DNA of 64,000 nt from the human T2T-CHM13v2.0 reference genome, Homo sapiens: NCBI RefSeq assembly GCF_009914755.1, contig NC_060928.1; one strand, 5' to 3'. Made by a program: the position numbers and the translations under genes. Positions 25,934-41,424 of the stretch are shown piece after piece. Position 1 is the first letter of the stretch; the number at the start of each line of letters is the position of its first letter. The notes below the pieces were generated by a model. The model saw nothing but the letters and a program-made list of their open reading frames with translations. It ran no database searches and was not told the origin of the DNA.

Positions 25934-26155
25934 GTGCAGCACACCAACATGGCACATGTATACATATGTAACAAACCTGCACGTTGTGCACCTGTACCCT
26001 AGAACTTAAAGTATAATAAAATATATACATATATATATAAAATAAAAAAATTACAAAAGAAAGCATAAAAAAGCAATATCTTCAACACCATGGGAAAAGT
26101 ATAAAAAAAAGCAAAAAATAGCAAAAACACAAACAAAACCAAAACAAAACAAAAA
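25934..26155 (+). mobile_element. Very short L1PA (PA4/5-like) 3' terminus with a long composite A-rich tail
   Basis: gtgcagcacaccaacatggcacatg...ccctagaacttaaagtataataaa (25934-26020), inserted in the old ORF2 endonuclease region. Confidence 0.9.
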
Positions 26156-28523
26156 TCACAAGATCTAAATATACACTAGCTACAAGAGACTTTCCTTTTA
26201 AGGATACACATAGATGGAAAGTGAAGAGATGAAAAAAGTTATTTTCTGCAAATGAAAACCAAAAAAAAAAAAATAGAATTAACTACATTAATGTCAGAAA
26301 AAATAGACATTAAAAAAAAACAAGAGACGAAGATATTATATAATGATGAATGGGTCAATTCATTAAGAGGATATAACAATTGTAAGTATACACATATCTT
26401 GACACACCTAAATATATAAAGCAAATATTAATAGATCTGAAGGGAGAGATAGACTTCAGTACAGTAATAGTAGAAAATTTTATCATCCCATTTTCAGCAA
26501 TGGACATATTCCGACAGAAAGTTAATGAGGATATTTTGGACTGAAACATTTTAGACCGAACAGACCTAAAGACTATGGAATATCCCAGCCAACAGCCAAC
26601 ATGCATTCTTTCCAAGTACAAACAGAACATTCTTCAGAATAGATTATGTATTATGGAACAAAACAAGCTTCAGCAAATTTAGGAAGATTAAACTTACATT
26701 AAGTATCTTTTCCAACTGAAATGTTATAAAATGAGAAATCAATAACAGGAAGAATTTGGAAAATTCATAAATGCATGGAAATTAGTGAACATGCTCCTGA
26801 ACAGTTAAGAATTCAAAAAGAAATTAAAAAGAAAATTAAAAATGTCTGAGAAAAACAAAAATAGAAACACAACATACCAAAACTTATGTGGTACAGCAAA
26901 AGTAGTTCAAAGAGGAAAGTTTATAGTTATAAATATCACATGAAAAAGAAGAAATATCTAAAATAAACAACCTAATATTAAACCTTAAACAACTAGAAGA
27001 ACAAAATAATACAGTCCAAATGTAGCAGAAGAAGGAAAATAATAAAGACCAGAATAGAAGTAAGTAAAATAGGGACTACAGAAACAATGCAAAAGATCAG
27101 TATAACAAAAATATCTTTTTAAAAGATAGACAAAATAGACAAGTTTAGCTAGACAAATTAAGACAAAGAAGAAAGACACAAATAAAATAAAAATAAAAAA
27201 TGAGACATTACAACTAATAACACAGAAATCATAAGAGATTACTATGAACAATTATACACCAACCAATTGAATAAGCTTATGAATAAATTTCCAGAGATGG
27301 ACAACCTACCAAGACTAAATCATGAAGAATTAGAATATATGAACAGACAAATATCTATAAGAACATTCAATCAGTAATACAACATCTCTCTTCTAAAAAA
27401 AAGCCTAAGACCTGATGGTTCCATGGCTTAATTCTACCACAAATTTAACAAATAATTAATATCAATTCTTCTGAAGCTCTTTCCAAAAATCAAGGATGGG
27501 TAATAATTCCAAACTCTTTTTACAAGGCTGACATTGCTTTGATACCAAAGTCAAAGAAGAACATTGCAAGAAAAGACAATGCAGACCAATATTCTTGATG
27601 AACATAGATGTAAAAATCCTCAATTAAATACTAGCAAATTTAATCAACAACACATTAAAATCAATGCTCAAGGGGGATTTACTCTGGAGATGCAAGGATG
27701 GTTCAAGCTACATAAATTGGTAAATGTGATACATCACAGTTTTAAAAAATAAAAGACAAAAACCATATTATTTAATTAGATATATAACAAGTATATGACA
27801 AAATTTAACATCCTTTCATAATAAAAACTCTCAACAAATTAGATGTATTAGAAATGCACCTCATCACAATAAAGGCCATATATGAGAACCCCATAGCTGA
27901 CATTATACTTAAGATGAAAAATTGAAAGCCTGTCCTGTAGTATCTGGAACAAGGCAAGAATGCCCACACTTGCCATTTCTATTCAGCATAAGGCTGGAAG
28001 TCCTCATCAGAGCAATTCAGCAAGAAAAAAACAGAAGGCATTCAAATAGGAAAAGAAAAAGTTAACATTTCACTGTTTGGTGATGACATAATTTTATATA
28101 TTAAAAACCAAAAAAATTCCAGCCAAGCATATTAGCAGTAATAAAGAAATATAGAAAATTTGCAGGATACAAAATCAACATACGATAATCAGCAGCGTTT
28201 GTATACACTAACAACAACAACAAAAATATCCAGCAGATAAATCAAGAGAACAATCCTATATACAGTAGCTACAATAAAATACTGAGGAACAAATTTAACT
28301 AGTGGAGTGAAAAAAACTGTACAATAAAAACTATATAACACTGTAGAAAGAAATTGAGGAAGACAAATAAATAGATCAATATTCTGTGTTCACCAATCAA
28401 AACAACATTCTTTAAATGTTCATAGTATGCAAAGATATCTATAGATTCAATGCTATTCCTATCAAAATTTCAATATCATTTTCACAAATATAGAACAAAA
28501 CAATCTTGACTTTTATATGGAAC

Positions 28524-29011
28524 TGTTATAAAAACACCAGGGATTCGGTCTAGGTTCTGCTGCTTTTGGCACAGACAGCCAATCATGGAGACAATGAGTA
28601 TTACCAGGGAAGAAGGCCTTAACTGGGTGCTGCAGCCAAGGAGATGGGATATCAACCTCAAACCCATTTCCTTGATGGACTAAAATTAAGAATTGAAATA
28701 GCAGGGAAGAAATGTAACCATGTATGGGAATTAGGGGTAAGAAAGAGGAATTTGTCAATAGGCAGCAGGTGGTCAGTCAGGCAATCATAATGGGTGAGGG
28801 ATCTGGCATCTCATTGTCCAGATGTGGTGTTCTGGTGGTAAGTTTCAGTACCTTGATACCATCTGGGAGCTCTGAAGGTTGGTTTCCTGAGAAAGTAAGT
28901 TAGATAAGACAATTGTAACTTTCTCAAGTTTTAAGACTGAGTGAGTCAATTTCTATGTTTTTCCAAAAGAAATCATAAATATCAGTTCTATGGGATTATC
29001 AGGCCAGTTGT
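28524..29011 (-). mobile_element. ERV1 solo LTR (MER66-like) inside the old L1 ORF2
   Basis: GC-richer ~490-bp block beginning tgtta that interrupts L1 sequence at atatggaac; resembles recalled MER66 consensus. Confidence 0.72.
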
Positions 29012-29550
29012 AACACCACACACACACACACACACACAGAGAGACACAAACAAACAAAAACAAACAAACAAAAAAACCAGGAATGGCCAAGGCAATCATG
29101 AGCAAAAAAAACCCCAAATTGGTGGTCTCACATTCCGATTTCAAACTGTACCACAAAGCTGTGGTTATTAACAGTATGGTAGTGGCAAAAAAATAAATAA
29201 ATAAAAATAAAAAAATCAGATATATCAACCAATGGAAAAGAATGGGGAGGCATGAAATGAACCAACATATGTATGGTCAATTGATTTTCTACAAAGGTGC
29301 AAAGAATACACAATGGCAAAGGATAATCTTATCAATAAACAGTGGTAGGTAAACTGAATATCCACCAACAGAAGATTGAAATGAAACCCTTATCTTACAT
29401 CATATACACAGATCAACTCAAAATGGATTAAAGTCTGAAATTTAAGACCACAAACTGTACACCTTCAAACAATGAAAATAAAAAAAGGAAAATACTGTCG
29501 TGTTTGGTCAGGGTGATGATATGCATTTGACCTCAAAAATGCAGATAACA

Positions 29551-29860
29551 GGCCGGGCGCGGTGGCTCACGCCTGTAATCCCAGCACTTTGGGACGCCAA
29601 GGCGGGCGGATCACGAAGTCAGGAGATCAAGATCATTCTGGCTAACACGGTGAAACCCTGTCTCTACTAAAAATACAAAAAAATTAGCCGGGAGTGGTGG
29701 CGGGCGCCTGTAGTCCCAGCTACTCAGGAGGCTGAGGCAGGAGAATGGCTTGAACCTGGGAGGCGGAGCTTGCAGTGAGCCGAGATCGCGCCACTGATCT
29801 CCATCCTGGGCTTCAGAGCAAGACTCCGTCTCAAACAAAAAAAAAAAAAAAAAAAAAAAA
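29551..29860 (+). mobile_element. AluY
   Basis: CpG-rich; Y diagnostics (gagatc..., ggctaacacggtg, gagaatggc, ggagcttgcag); long A tail; TSD gcagataaca/gcaaataaca. Confidence 0.95.
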
Positions 29861-30346
29861 GCAAATAACAAAAGCAAAAACAGACAAACAGGATTACATC
29901 AAACTAAAAAGCTTTTCCACATCAATGAAAACAATTAGCAGTGTGTAGAGAGTCAACCTGCAGATTAGAATAAACTATTTGTTAGCCATACATCCTATAA
30001 AGATTTTATATCCAAAATATGTAAGGAACTCAAACAACTCAATAGCAAGATAATAAACGGACTGGGACTTGAATATAAATTTCTCAAAAGAAGACACACA
30101 AATTCCCTCTACATTTATGTTTTTTTGGTTATTTTTTTTTTATTATATTTTAAGTTTTAGGGTACATGTGCACAACGTGCAGGTTTGTTACATATGTATA
30201 CATGTGCCATGTTGGTGTGCTGCACCCATTAACTCGTCATTTAACATTAGGTATATCTCCTACTGCTATCCCTCCCCGCTTCCCCCACCCCACAACAGGC
30301 CCCAGTGTGTGATGTTCCCCTTCCTGTGTCCAGGTGTTCTCATTGT

Positions 30347-32130
<1,784 letters not shown>

Positions 32131-33240
32131 AACAGAACAGAGCCCTCAGAAATAATGCCACATATGTACAACTATCTGATCTTTGACAAACCTTCTACAT
32201 TTATGAAAAAATGTTCAACATTCCTAATCACTAGAGAAATAGAAATTAAACCACAGTAATATATCATTTCACACCTATCACATTGGCTGTTATAAAAAAA
32301 GTCCAGAGATAACAAGTGTTGGCAAAGATATGGAGGAAAGGAAATCCTTGTGTACTATTGGTGGGAATGTAAATTAATACAGCCATTATGGAAAATTGTA
32401 TGGAGGGTCTTCAAAAAATTAAAAATAAAATTATCATATAATCCCTGAATCCTAATTCTAGTATTTACCTAATTCTAGCATTCTAGTATTTACCCTAATT
32501 CTGTTTTGGAGAATGTAAATTACTACAGCCATTATGGAAAACTATATTGAAGTTCCTCAAAAAATTAAAAATAAAATTGCCATATAATCCCTGAATCTTA
32601 ATATTAGCATTTACCCCAAAGACTTGAAATCAGTCTGTGGAAAAAATGTCTCACTCTGATATTAATTGCAGCACTAGTCACAATAGCCAAGTCATGAAAG
32701 CAGCATGTGTTCACTAACAGATGAATTGATAAATAAATATTTTATATATACACAATGGAATACTATTCAGTCTTAACAAAAAAGGAAATCCTGTCATTTA
32801 TGACAACATGGATAGAATTAGAGAACATTATGCTGAGTAAAACAAGCCAGGAACAGACAGACAAAGTTTTCACTTATTTGTGGAATCTAAAAAAAAAAAA
32901 AAATTGAACTCATAGAAGCAGAGAATTAAATGGCATTAGTGGGTGGGGAGTTGGAGAGATGATGATCAAAAGGTCCAAACTCTGTGAGGAGAAACATTTT
33001 ATTTTTTAGCTCTATTGCTTAGCATGAAGAATGTAGTTAATAATGGAGTATTGTACATTTCAAATTTGCTAATGTACAAATTACAAAAAATGTTAAGTAT
33101 TTGAAGTGATGTATATATTAACTAATTTGACATAAGTATTCCATGTAGTATTAATAAATTATAACATCTCTTGTACCTCATAAATTTATACAATAATAAA
33201 TTGTATATTAATAATAAAAAGTATAAAAATGCACATATAA

Positions 33241-33860
33241 TGACTTCTTTTCCTCACTTCTAGATACCCACTAGTGAGACTGCTGGATTAAATGGTAGTT
33301 CTACTTTCTGAAATCATTATATGAAAATGTTACTTGTACATGCATGTTTATAGCAGCACAATGTGCAATTGTGAAAATATGGAACCAGCCCAAATGCCCA
33401 TCAATCAATGATTGGATAAAGAAATTGTGAGATAGATAGATAGATACACACACACGTATCATGGAATAATACTCAACAATAAAAATAAAAATAAAGAAAT
33501 AATGGCATTTGCAGCAACCTGGGTGGAATTAGAGACTGTTATTCTAAGTGAAGTAACTTACAAATGGAAAACCAAACATCATATGTTCTCACTCATAAGT
33601 CATAAGTGGGAGTTAAGCTATGAGGATGCAAAGACATAAGAATTATACAATGCACTTTAGGGACTCAGGGCAAAGAGTGGGAGGGGGGTGAGGGATGAAA
33701 GACTACAAATTGGGTATAGTGAATATTGCTCAAATGATAGGTGCACCAAAACCTCAAAAATCACCACTATAGAACTTATTCATGTAACCAAACACCACCC
33801 ATTCTCCAAAAACCTATGAAAATAAAACACAAAAATTAAAAAAGAATTGGAAACTAAAAG
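33241..33860 (+). mobile_element. 5'-inverted L1PB(1-like) 3' end (inverted 33241-33307)
   Basis: Short antisense piece, then sense L1PB 3' end; TSD aaatgcacatataa at 33227-33240 and 33861-33874. Confidence 0.88.
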
Positions 33861-34495
33861 AAATGCACATATAAATATGTATATATAAACATACATACAT
33901 ATACATATAAGAATGTATACATACAAGAATACATATATATAACTTTATTTTATCCTGTTGTGTACTCCTAGGTTCCTTATTTTACCTCAAAGCATGAATA
34001 TACTGAAATATAACAGAAAAAAATAAATCATGTAATGTAAGCTCTCATATTTGTTGTCTATTATTATTACTTAGAAATTTATTCACGTGTATAATTATTT
34101 AAAAAGTAGTAAGGAATGCACACTTCTTTTAGTATCCAAACAATATAAAGTGTATCCTGTTGAATAAAAAGAAAGTTTATTCATTGGGTACTTACGTTTT
34201 CACTTCTCTTCACATCTCAAATATTACCACTTGCTTTTAGATTTATAAAAGCCTATTGTATAACCATTGTTTCTTTTTTAAACATATAAAATATATTTTA
34301 TGTAAATTTCTGCTTCAAAATAATAAATTTTTTACTTTAAATAAAATTGCACAATTTTAATCATGCATAAATAAACCCATATATACATCTGTGAATATAT
34401 TATAAGAAATATTGCTAGAAGTAGAATTGTTGGATGAAAAAAATAAGCATTTTTTTTGTGAGAATTTTCTAATTCTTCTTCTAAAAAGTTGTACT

Positions 34496-34891
34496 TGCAA
34501 AGGACATGCTCTCATTTCTTTTCATTGCTGCATAGTATTCCATGGTGTATATGTGCCATTTTCTTTATCCAGTCTATCACTGATGGGCATTTGGGTTGGT
34601 TCCATGTCTTTGCTACAAACTAACACAGGAACAGAAAACCAAATACTGCATGTTCTGACTCATAAGTGGGAGTTGAACATTGAGAACACATGGATACAGA
34701 GAGGGGAACAACTCATACCAGGGCCTCTTGTGGGGTGGGGCGCGAGTGGAGGAAACTTAGAGGACAAGTCAATAGGTGCAGCACACCACCATGGCACATG
34801 TATACCTATGTAACAAACCTGCACGTTCTGCGCCTGTGTCTTATTTATTTTTAAAAAGAAATAAAGAAAAAAAATTCTGTTGCAAGTAAAA
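34496..34891 (+). mobile_element. 5'-inverted L1PA (PA8-10-like) 3' end (inverted ~34496-34614)
   Basis: Antisense gcatagtattccatggtg..., then sense caaactaacacaggaacagaaaacc; TSD aaaaagttgtact at 34483-34495 and 34892-34904. Confidence 0.9.
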
Positions 34892-35056
34892 AAAAAGTTG
34901 TACTGATTTCCATTCCTACTACATACTGAAAATATTCATTTTTTCACATGTTCACTAAAACCAGATATTTAAAAACTCTGAACCCATCAATCTGATGAGT
35001 TAAAAATATTTATTTTAAATTATATTTCTTGATAGATACTAAAGTTGCCTTTTCGT

Positions 35057-35613
35057 ATTTATTTATTTTTAACTGACAAATAATATTTTGATACATATGT
35101 ATATGGGGTACAATGTGATGTTTATATCTGTGTATACATTGTAGAAAGATACCTTGCCAACTTATTTATTTGGAGAGAGTGTCTCTCTCTGCCACCCAAT
35201 TTGGATTGCAGTGGTGTGACTTTGGCTCACTGCAACCTCTGCCTCTCCTGTTCCAGTGATTCTCGTGCCTCAGCCTCCCGAGTAGCTGTGGTTACAGGCA
35301 CATGCCACCACGCCTGGTTAATTTTTGTATTTTTAATAGAGACAAGGTTTCATCATGTTGGCCAGGCTGGTCTTCAACTGCTGGACTCAAGCAACCTGCC
35401 CACCTTGGTCTCCCAAAGCCCTGGGATTACAAGTATGAGGCACTGTGCCTGACCAATTTACCATATTTTTTTGTGATGAGAATATTAAAAATCTTTTCTA
35501 ACTGAAACTTCATACTCTTGATTAACATCTCTCCTTTCCTCATCCCTCCTCCTCTCCCAAGCCTCTGGTAGGATCATATTTATATGTGAAATCTAAAAAA
35601 GTCGATTTCACTG
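35057..35613 (-). mobile_element. Short L1MA 3' end with 5' inversion (~35569-35613), split by an Alu
   Basis: Antisense L1MA tail (ggggtacaatgtgatg...gcctctggta), then sense tatatgtgaaatctaaaaaagtcgatttca; diverged TSD aagttgccttttcgt 35042-35056 / aagttgtctttttat 35614-35628. Confidence 0.72.
35162..35454 (-). mobile_element. Alu (Sz/Jb-like)
   Basis: Antisense dimer flanked by ccaactta/ccaattta. Confidence 0.9.
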
Positions 35614-38228
35614 AAGTTGTCTTTTTATGTGTTTATATGTTTGATTTGCTGCTAAATTAGTAGTTATCCTTGGACAGGTCACATACTGTATGTATGACTT
35701 TATTTCCTCATTGATATTAATAGAGGTAATGTGAATTTTAATTCACAGCATTATGATTATAAATCAGTAAGACAAACACAGCAGGGTCATAGGAGATTCT
35801 CTTGAGTTCTGGGTAACAATGATTCTTGTTTAGCCAAAGTTGGCAGAGGTTGAACTCCTGACTCTGGGTGGCAAAGATGAAATTCTCTGCCTGGCAAACA
35901 GAAGCAAAGGTGGCTAAAAAATGCAGATAACAATTAAAACACATGACAATAGCATAGCTATGAGATGCTAAGTGTTTAAAGCAAGGCGGTGACAATGAAA
36001 AATGAGAGAAGAGGGGATCATCCCTCTTATCGCTGTTGGAATGATTGACAAGGCTAGAATAATTTTTCATCTTTAGAGAAATATAACAAGGAAGTAAAAA
36101 TATAGAACAATGATAGATATCAAATTCTCTACAAAGTCGATATAAAAAGAATGCCTATATTTAGTGGTCCTGCTTGGATTTTCTTTACAATATTACTTTA
36201 AAAATAATTTCAAATATTGTATCCTCATTAGCCATACCCTCCATAAAATTATGACATAATAGGATATCAAATATATGTGATAACCTTACAATATGAGCAG
36301 AGTAGATTGGGACTCGGTTTTGCTTTAAACTATACAATTATTATTTCTCTGATTTTTAGCTCTTGGAAATAATAAGTGTTTGTGATGCTAAAAAATTAGA
36401 ATTTAGTAGAGCTTGCTTAATAGAACTGAATTAAAAAATATAATGGTGTTAATTTCTCTTAAGAAAATGTGTACTAGGAAAAAGTTGTTAGGCCAGTTTT
36501 TTCTTTTCTGCTATTAAGTACTAAAACAAAAGATCTAATTATTCAGTTAGATTGAGAAGAGTGAACAGCTCTAATGTTTCGAAAACTAAATATTCAAGAA
36601 AACAATAGCAAATGTTTCTTTCTGAAGAGTAATGGGTTAGTTAAAAAAGAATGCAAGTGTATTCTTCTTAGAGTGGTTGATAAACCCCTGAGCTGTAATT
36701 TGGTTGCCAAAAATCTAAATAAACTTCATTACTACATAATAAAGCAACTCATATTTAAAATTGGTCAGTTTACTGATTTTAGTGACAAGGGATTTGAATG
36801 CATTTTCTTTGTTTGTTGTTAATTTCTTGCTTTCTGAAACCAATCTGTTACTCACAGTGCAGTATTAAACATGCAGATATTAGTATAATCAGACATAAAA
36901 TGAAGTGTGGACTCCTGAGATGTTTATGATAAATTTCAAAAGCTGCTCTTCTATCATCTTTTTCAAGTACAGAAGATAAAAGTGTGAGCTCTTTTGAAAC
37001 TTTTGTGATTTGTATGGCAGGACATTTTCTATCAAAAGTAATAAATTTTAATTCACTCAGTTAAATCTGAGTCTAAAATTCATTGGTTCAATAAATTCAT
37101 ATTTTTCACTTTTGTATTTTAAAATGATCAAAATAAAGTCATACATTATCTCAAAGAAGCATTACTCTTTGTACTCATATTTTTTCCTCTTTGTAAAATA
37201 CAATATCCTCTCACCAAAATAATTTTAATTTTTTAGCCCTAGGAAAGACAAAGGCCTTTTCTGAGCTCAAATTAGATGACACTTGTCCATGCACTAATTT
37301 TTTTACACCATGTTTATATAATCTATCATACTTTGTTATTTATTATTATTATTTGCATAGAAATTTATTGTTCGATTTTAGATAGTATGCCTTTTAACAA
37401 AAGAAAGTGTGACAGAGCATTGTTAAGTAGGACGAACACAGAGTAGCGTTTTACATTTGTGAGCATATTCTAAGAAGTCAATATGCCAGTTTTCATTCTT
37501 TGTTCTGTTCAAATTAACATAAAAATTCACAATCAGTATCTTTAAAAGCATTAAGACAAAAATTTTAGCTAAAAATTCCACATTAAAGCACTTTGTTGAG
37601 GAAATCATAACACTTAAAGAGATAGTGTACAAAATGCCAAATTGTGAAATTTTCTGGATCTCAATCATATGTTAATAAAAGAAATGTTTTCTTTATTTTA
37701 AAATGCTAAGGTATTTTCCTTCTTCAACACTTGGACTTTTTATGTGTATTATTTTGTTTTACATTTCAAGCACACTTTTTTCTTTCCCTATTTTAGAAAC
37801 TATGTTATGTTTTGTGAAAAATAACTGCTGTGTTATCTCCTGTGGAATCTACTAGCGTCTAATTCATAGTAGAAATTCAATAAATGGTTGGTTATACATT
37901 GATTTAGTAAGAAGTCAGCAGTATTTCTAAGAGAAAGAGTCCCGAATCAAAAAAACAAAAGACTTATGCTATTAATGGCACTAAAATAAACTATGAAACT
38001 GAGATTTGCTGCATATTCCTAATCAGCTTTTTCATTTTACAAGTATTTTTAAAATTGAAAGTCTAAAACACCAAGTGTTTCAGAAACCGATGGGGTAATG
38101 TGGGCAAATCACACAGCTATAAATTGTTAATAAAATTTTGTGATTTTAATGTCAATATTTTTATTTCAAATTTGCTGAAAACAATTAGATAAATTACACT
38201 TTCCTAGAATAATTACTGAAGCGAAATA

Positions 38229-38551
38229 CAGTTGTCACTTAATATCTGTGGGAGACTGGGTCCAGGAATCCCCAAGGATACCAACATTCATGGATGTTCA
38301 AGTCCCTTATATTAAATGGCTTTGCATTTGCACATAACCTCCACACATGCTTCCATATACTTTACATCCTCTCTAGATTACTTATCACATCTAATACAAT
38401 CTAAATGCTATTTAAATAGTTGTTAGACTGTATTGTTTAGGAAGAAATAACAAAACGAGTCTGCACCATCCTTTTTAATTTTCTGAATATTTTTGATCCA
38501 CAGTTGGTTGAATCCACAGGGGAAGAATCCATGTATATAGAGGGCTGACTG
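38229..38551 (+). mobile_element. MER2 (TcMar-Tigger non-autonomous DNA transposon)
   Basis: cagttgtc...gctgactg termini, TA on both sides, MER2 internal sequence. Confidence 0.88.
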
Positions 38552-39248
38552 TATAACAAATCATTTCATTAATGAATGTTACAGATTATTCACCAAAATA
38601 CTTTTTGAAAGTGAGGAAAACCTAGGCATATTATTCTGACAACGTTTTAAAAATAAATGTGTATATGTAAACTTTTCATGACACACATATTACATATTTG
38701 TGTTTTATAGCTAATTTTGTTTTATATTTAACTGCATCATCCTTTTTTACATAAAATAATAATTCAAAGTAATGTTTGTAATATTTAAGTAAATGTAATT
38801 AAATAAATTAGTTAAGTAATTAATTGCAGATATAATACATCTAGAGCTAATGATTATTTTAGTTTACTTATGACCCTAAAGAGTAACAGTTTAATTTCTT
38901 TGGAGGATTTTAATATGCATACTTTTTACAGTACGATTTTACTACTTTACATTAGAATGAAGATCATTGCTATGCATACAAGTTTGCACTTTCCTAGAAA
39001 GCTTACAAATTCGTTAATTGCATTGTTTTTTATTTTTATTAAACACATTTTATAATCCATATTTGAAAATGAGTTAAGAATATGATCACATACAATTAAT
39101 AGCAACTGAAAACTGAACATTCACCTGTCTTTATAAATTGTTTATTAATCTCTGTGTTAAAAATATTTTCTAATATTTTGAAGGATTTCTCTATTTAAAA
39201 AAACTGATGGGGAGACATGTTGCACAGGGCTTATAGGCACCCCTTCAG

Positions 39249-39385
39249 GAGCCAGATTTTGGAGTCAGATAGGCCTTGTCTCCACCATTCCCTGTATATG
39301 AGTCCTTAGACAAATCACACAAGCTTTGTAAGTTTTCAGATTTCTCATGTGTGATTGGAATAATTTTATCTACTCCAGCATAATA
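39249..39385 (+). mobile_element. MIR fragment
   Basis: ttttggagtcagataggcc...ccttagacaaatcac...cagatttctcat. Confidence 0.6.
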
Positions 39386-39403
39386 TCAGAATAAAAATAG
39401 TAA

Positions 39404-39689
39404 TTTTTTTTTTAATATGGAGTTTCGCTCTTGTCGCTCAGGCTGGAGTACAGTGGCTCAATCTGGGCTCACTGCAACCACCACCTTCCAGGTTCAATCA
39501 ATTCTCCTGCCTTAGCCTCCTGAGTAGCTGGGATTACAGGCACCTGCCACCACACCCGGCTAATTTTTGTATTTTTAGTAGAGACGGGGTTTCGTCATGT
39601 TGGCCAGGCTGATTTCGAACTCCTGACTTCAGGTGATCCACCCGCCTCGGCCTCCCAAAGTATTGGGATTACATGCATGAGTCACCCTG
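39404..39689 (-). mobile_element. AluS (Sx/Sq-like)
   Basis: Antisense dimer; TSD atagtaatttt at 39397-39407 and 39690-39700. Confidence 0.94.
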
Positions 39690-39879
39690 ATAGTAATTTT
39701 AACTATAAGCATGGCAATTGCTTGTAGCTCTATGTAATATGTGATCAGAATTCAACATAAATACCTATGATGGTGATATTGATGATGGTAATAGTGATGG
39801 TAAAGATGATTATGATACCATTTGAAGAAAGCAAAATGGCATTGTATATATATTAATTTATAAATGATGTAATGTTTTC

Positions 39880-40345
39880 GTTTAAGTTTCTTTTTTTTTG
39901 AAGAGCAGTTTTAGGTTCACAGCAAAAATAAGAGGATGGTATGGAGACCTTCCAAATATCCCATTGCTCTCCACCATATGCATAGTAGCCTTCCTCTTTA
40001 CCAGTATTCTCCATATGAGTGGTAATTTGCTACAATTAATGAACCTACATTGACACATCATAATCACCAAAGTTTATCGTTTACATAAGGTTTCCCTCTT
40101 GGTTGTGTATATTTTATCGGTTTGGATAAATACATAACGACATATATCCATCATTATATACTATACAGAGTATTTTCACCTCCCTAAAAATGCTCTGACA
40201 TAATATTTTAATTAATTTATTTATTTTAAAATAAGCTTTGTTTTGTATATTTAAGATATACAAACTTATGTTTTGAGATTTGTATTTGTAGCAAAATTAC
40301 TATAGTGAAACACATTAATGTAGCCATCAGCTCACAGTTACACCT
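39880..40345 (-). mobile_element. L1MC1/2-like 3' end followed by an L1MA 3' fragment
   Basis: gagcagttttaggttcacagcaaaa; gaacctacattgacacatcataatcaccaaagt; then atatttaagatatacaaa. Confidence 0.78.
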
Positions 40346-41097
40346 GATATATTTTTACTTATAGAATTTTTTTAAATACAAAATTTGTTGAGCATTACTA
40401 ATCAAAATCTTTGAATGAGAACTATAATTGTGTTACTATAGATTTGTTAAAATTATAATCTTATATAAAAATTAATTTGGAACACTTTTCACTAAGGCAA
40501 AAACTCTCTGAAAAACAGTAGCTACAAGATGTTCTGTTCTTATTTAGTTCTCATTTCATCCCTTCAGAAATTATGTAACTGTTTCTATCCTTTGTGTGGG
40601 TGACCCATGTTATATTTTTCTAAGAAAATCTCCAAAGGCATGCATAGAGTTTTTGGCCAGTTTTTGGTACCCTTTCAGCAATTTCAAAATTTTCGATTTA
40701 TGTACATGATTTTAATAGTCATTTTCAGATATGTTTTGTTAATTTTCTTTATTTGCTGAAATGGCATTATAAGTGAACAATCTTTAAGTTTTATCTCTTT
40801 TTCTTTAAACACTGTTTTCTGGCAGATTGTCTGTGTAGTTTTCTTATACAGGCAATTGATGTGATATTTTTAACTTTTAAATTTTACTAGATCTTATCTG
40901 AGGTAAAAAATGAAACCTACTTGAACTAGAAAGAGGAATGCCTTATCAATGTATTTCCTACATAAAACTTCTAGAAAATCTGCCTCCTTAAAATATCACA
41001 AAATTATTATATATTCTCATGCTGATTGTGACAATAAGAACTATTTTTTGTTCCTACTAAATTTCAGAGCTGTGTTAGTCAGTTGATTATATTTCTA

Positions 41098-41424
41098 CAG
41101 TAGGTCATCTGTATCCGTGTGTTCTGCATCTGCAGATTCAATCAATCATGATTCAAACATATTTAGAAAAAAATAAAGGATAGTTGCATCTCTATTAAAC
41201 ATGTACAGACATTTTTTGTCATTATTTCTTAATACAGTATAACAATGATTTACACAATACTTACATTGTAATAGATATTATAAATAAGCTATAGATGACT
41301 TAAAATATACAGAAGGATGTGAGTAGGTTTTTACAAATACTATGCCATTTTGTATAAGGGACTGGAGCATCCATGGATTTGGGTATTCTCAGGTGACTCT
41401 AGAAACCAATTCCCCACGAATACC
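41098..41424 (-). mobile_element. MER2, one terminus truncated
   Basis: ta|cagtaggtcatctgtatccgtg...; reverse complement of the element at 38229. Confidence 0.85.
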
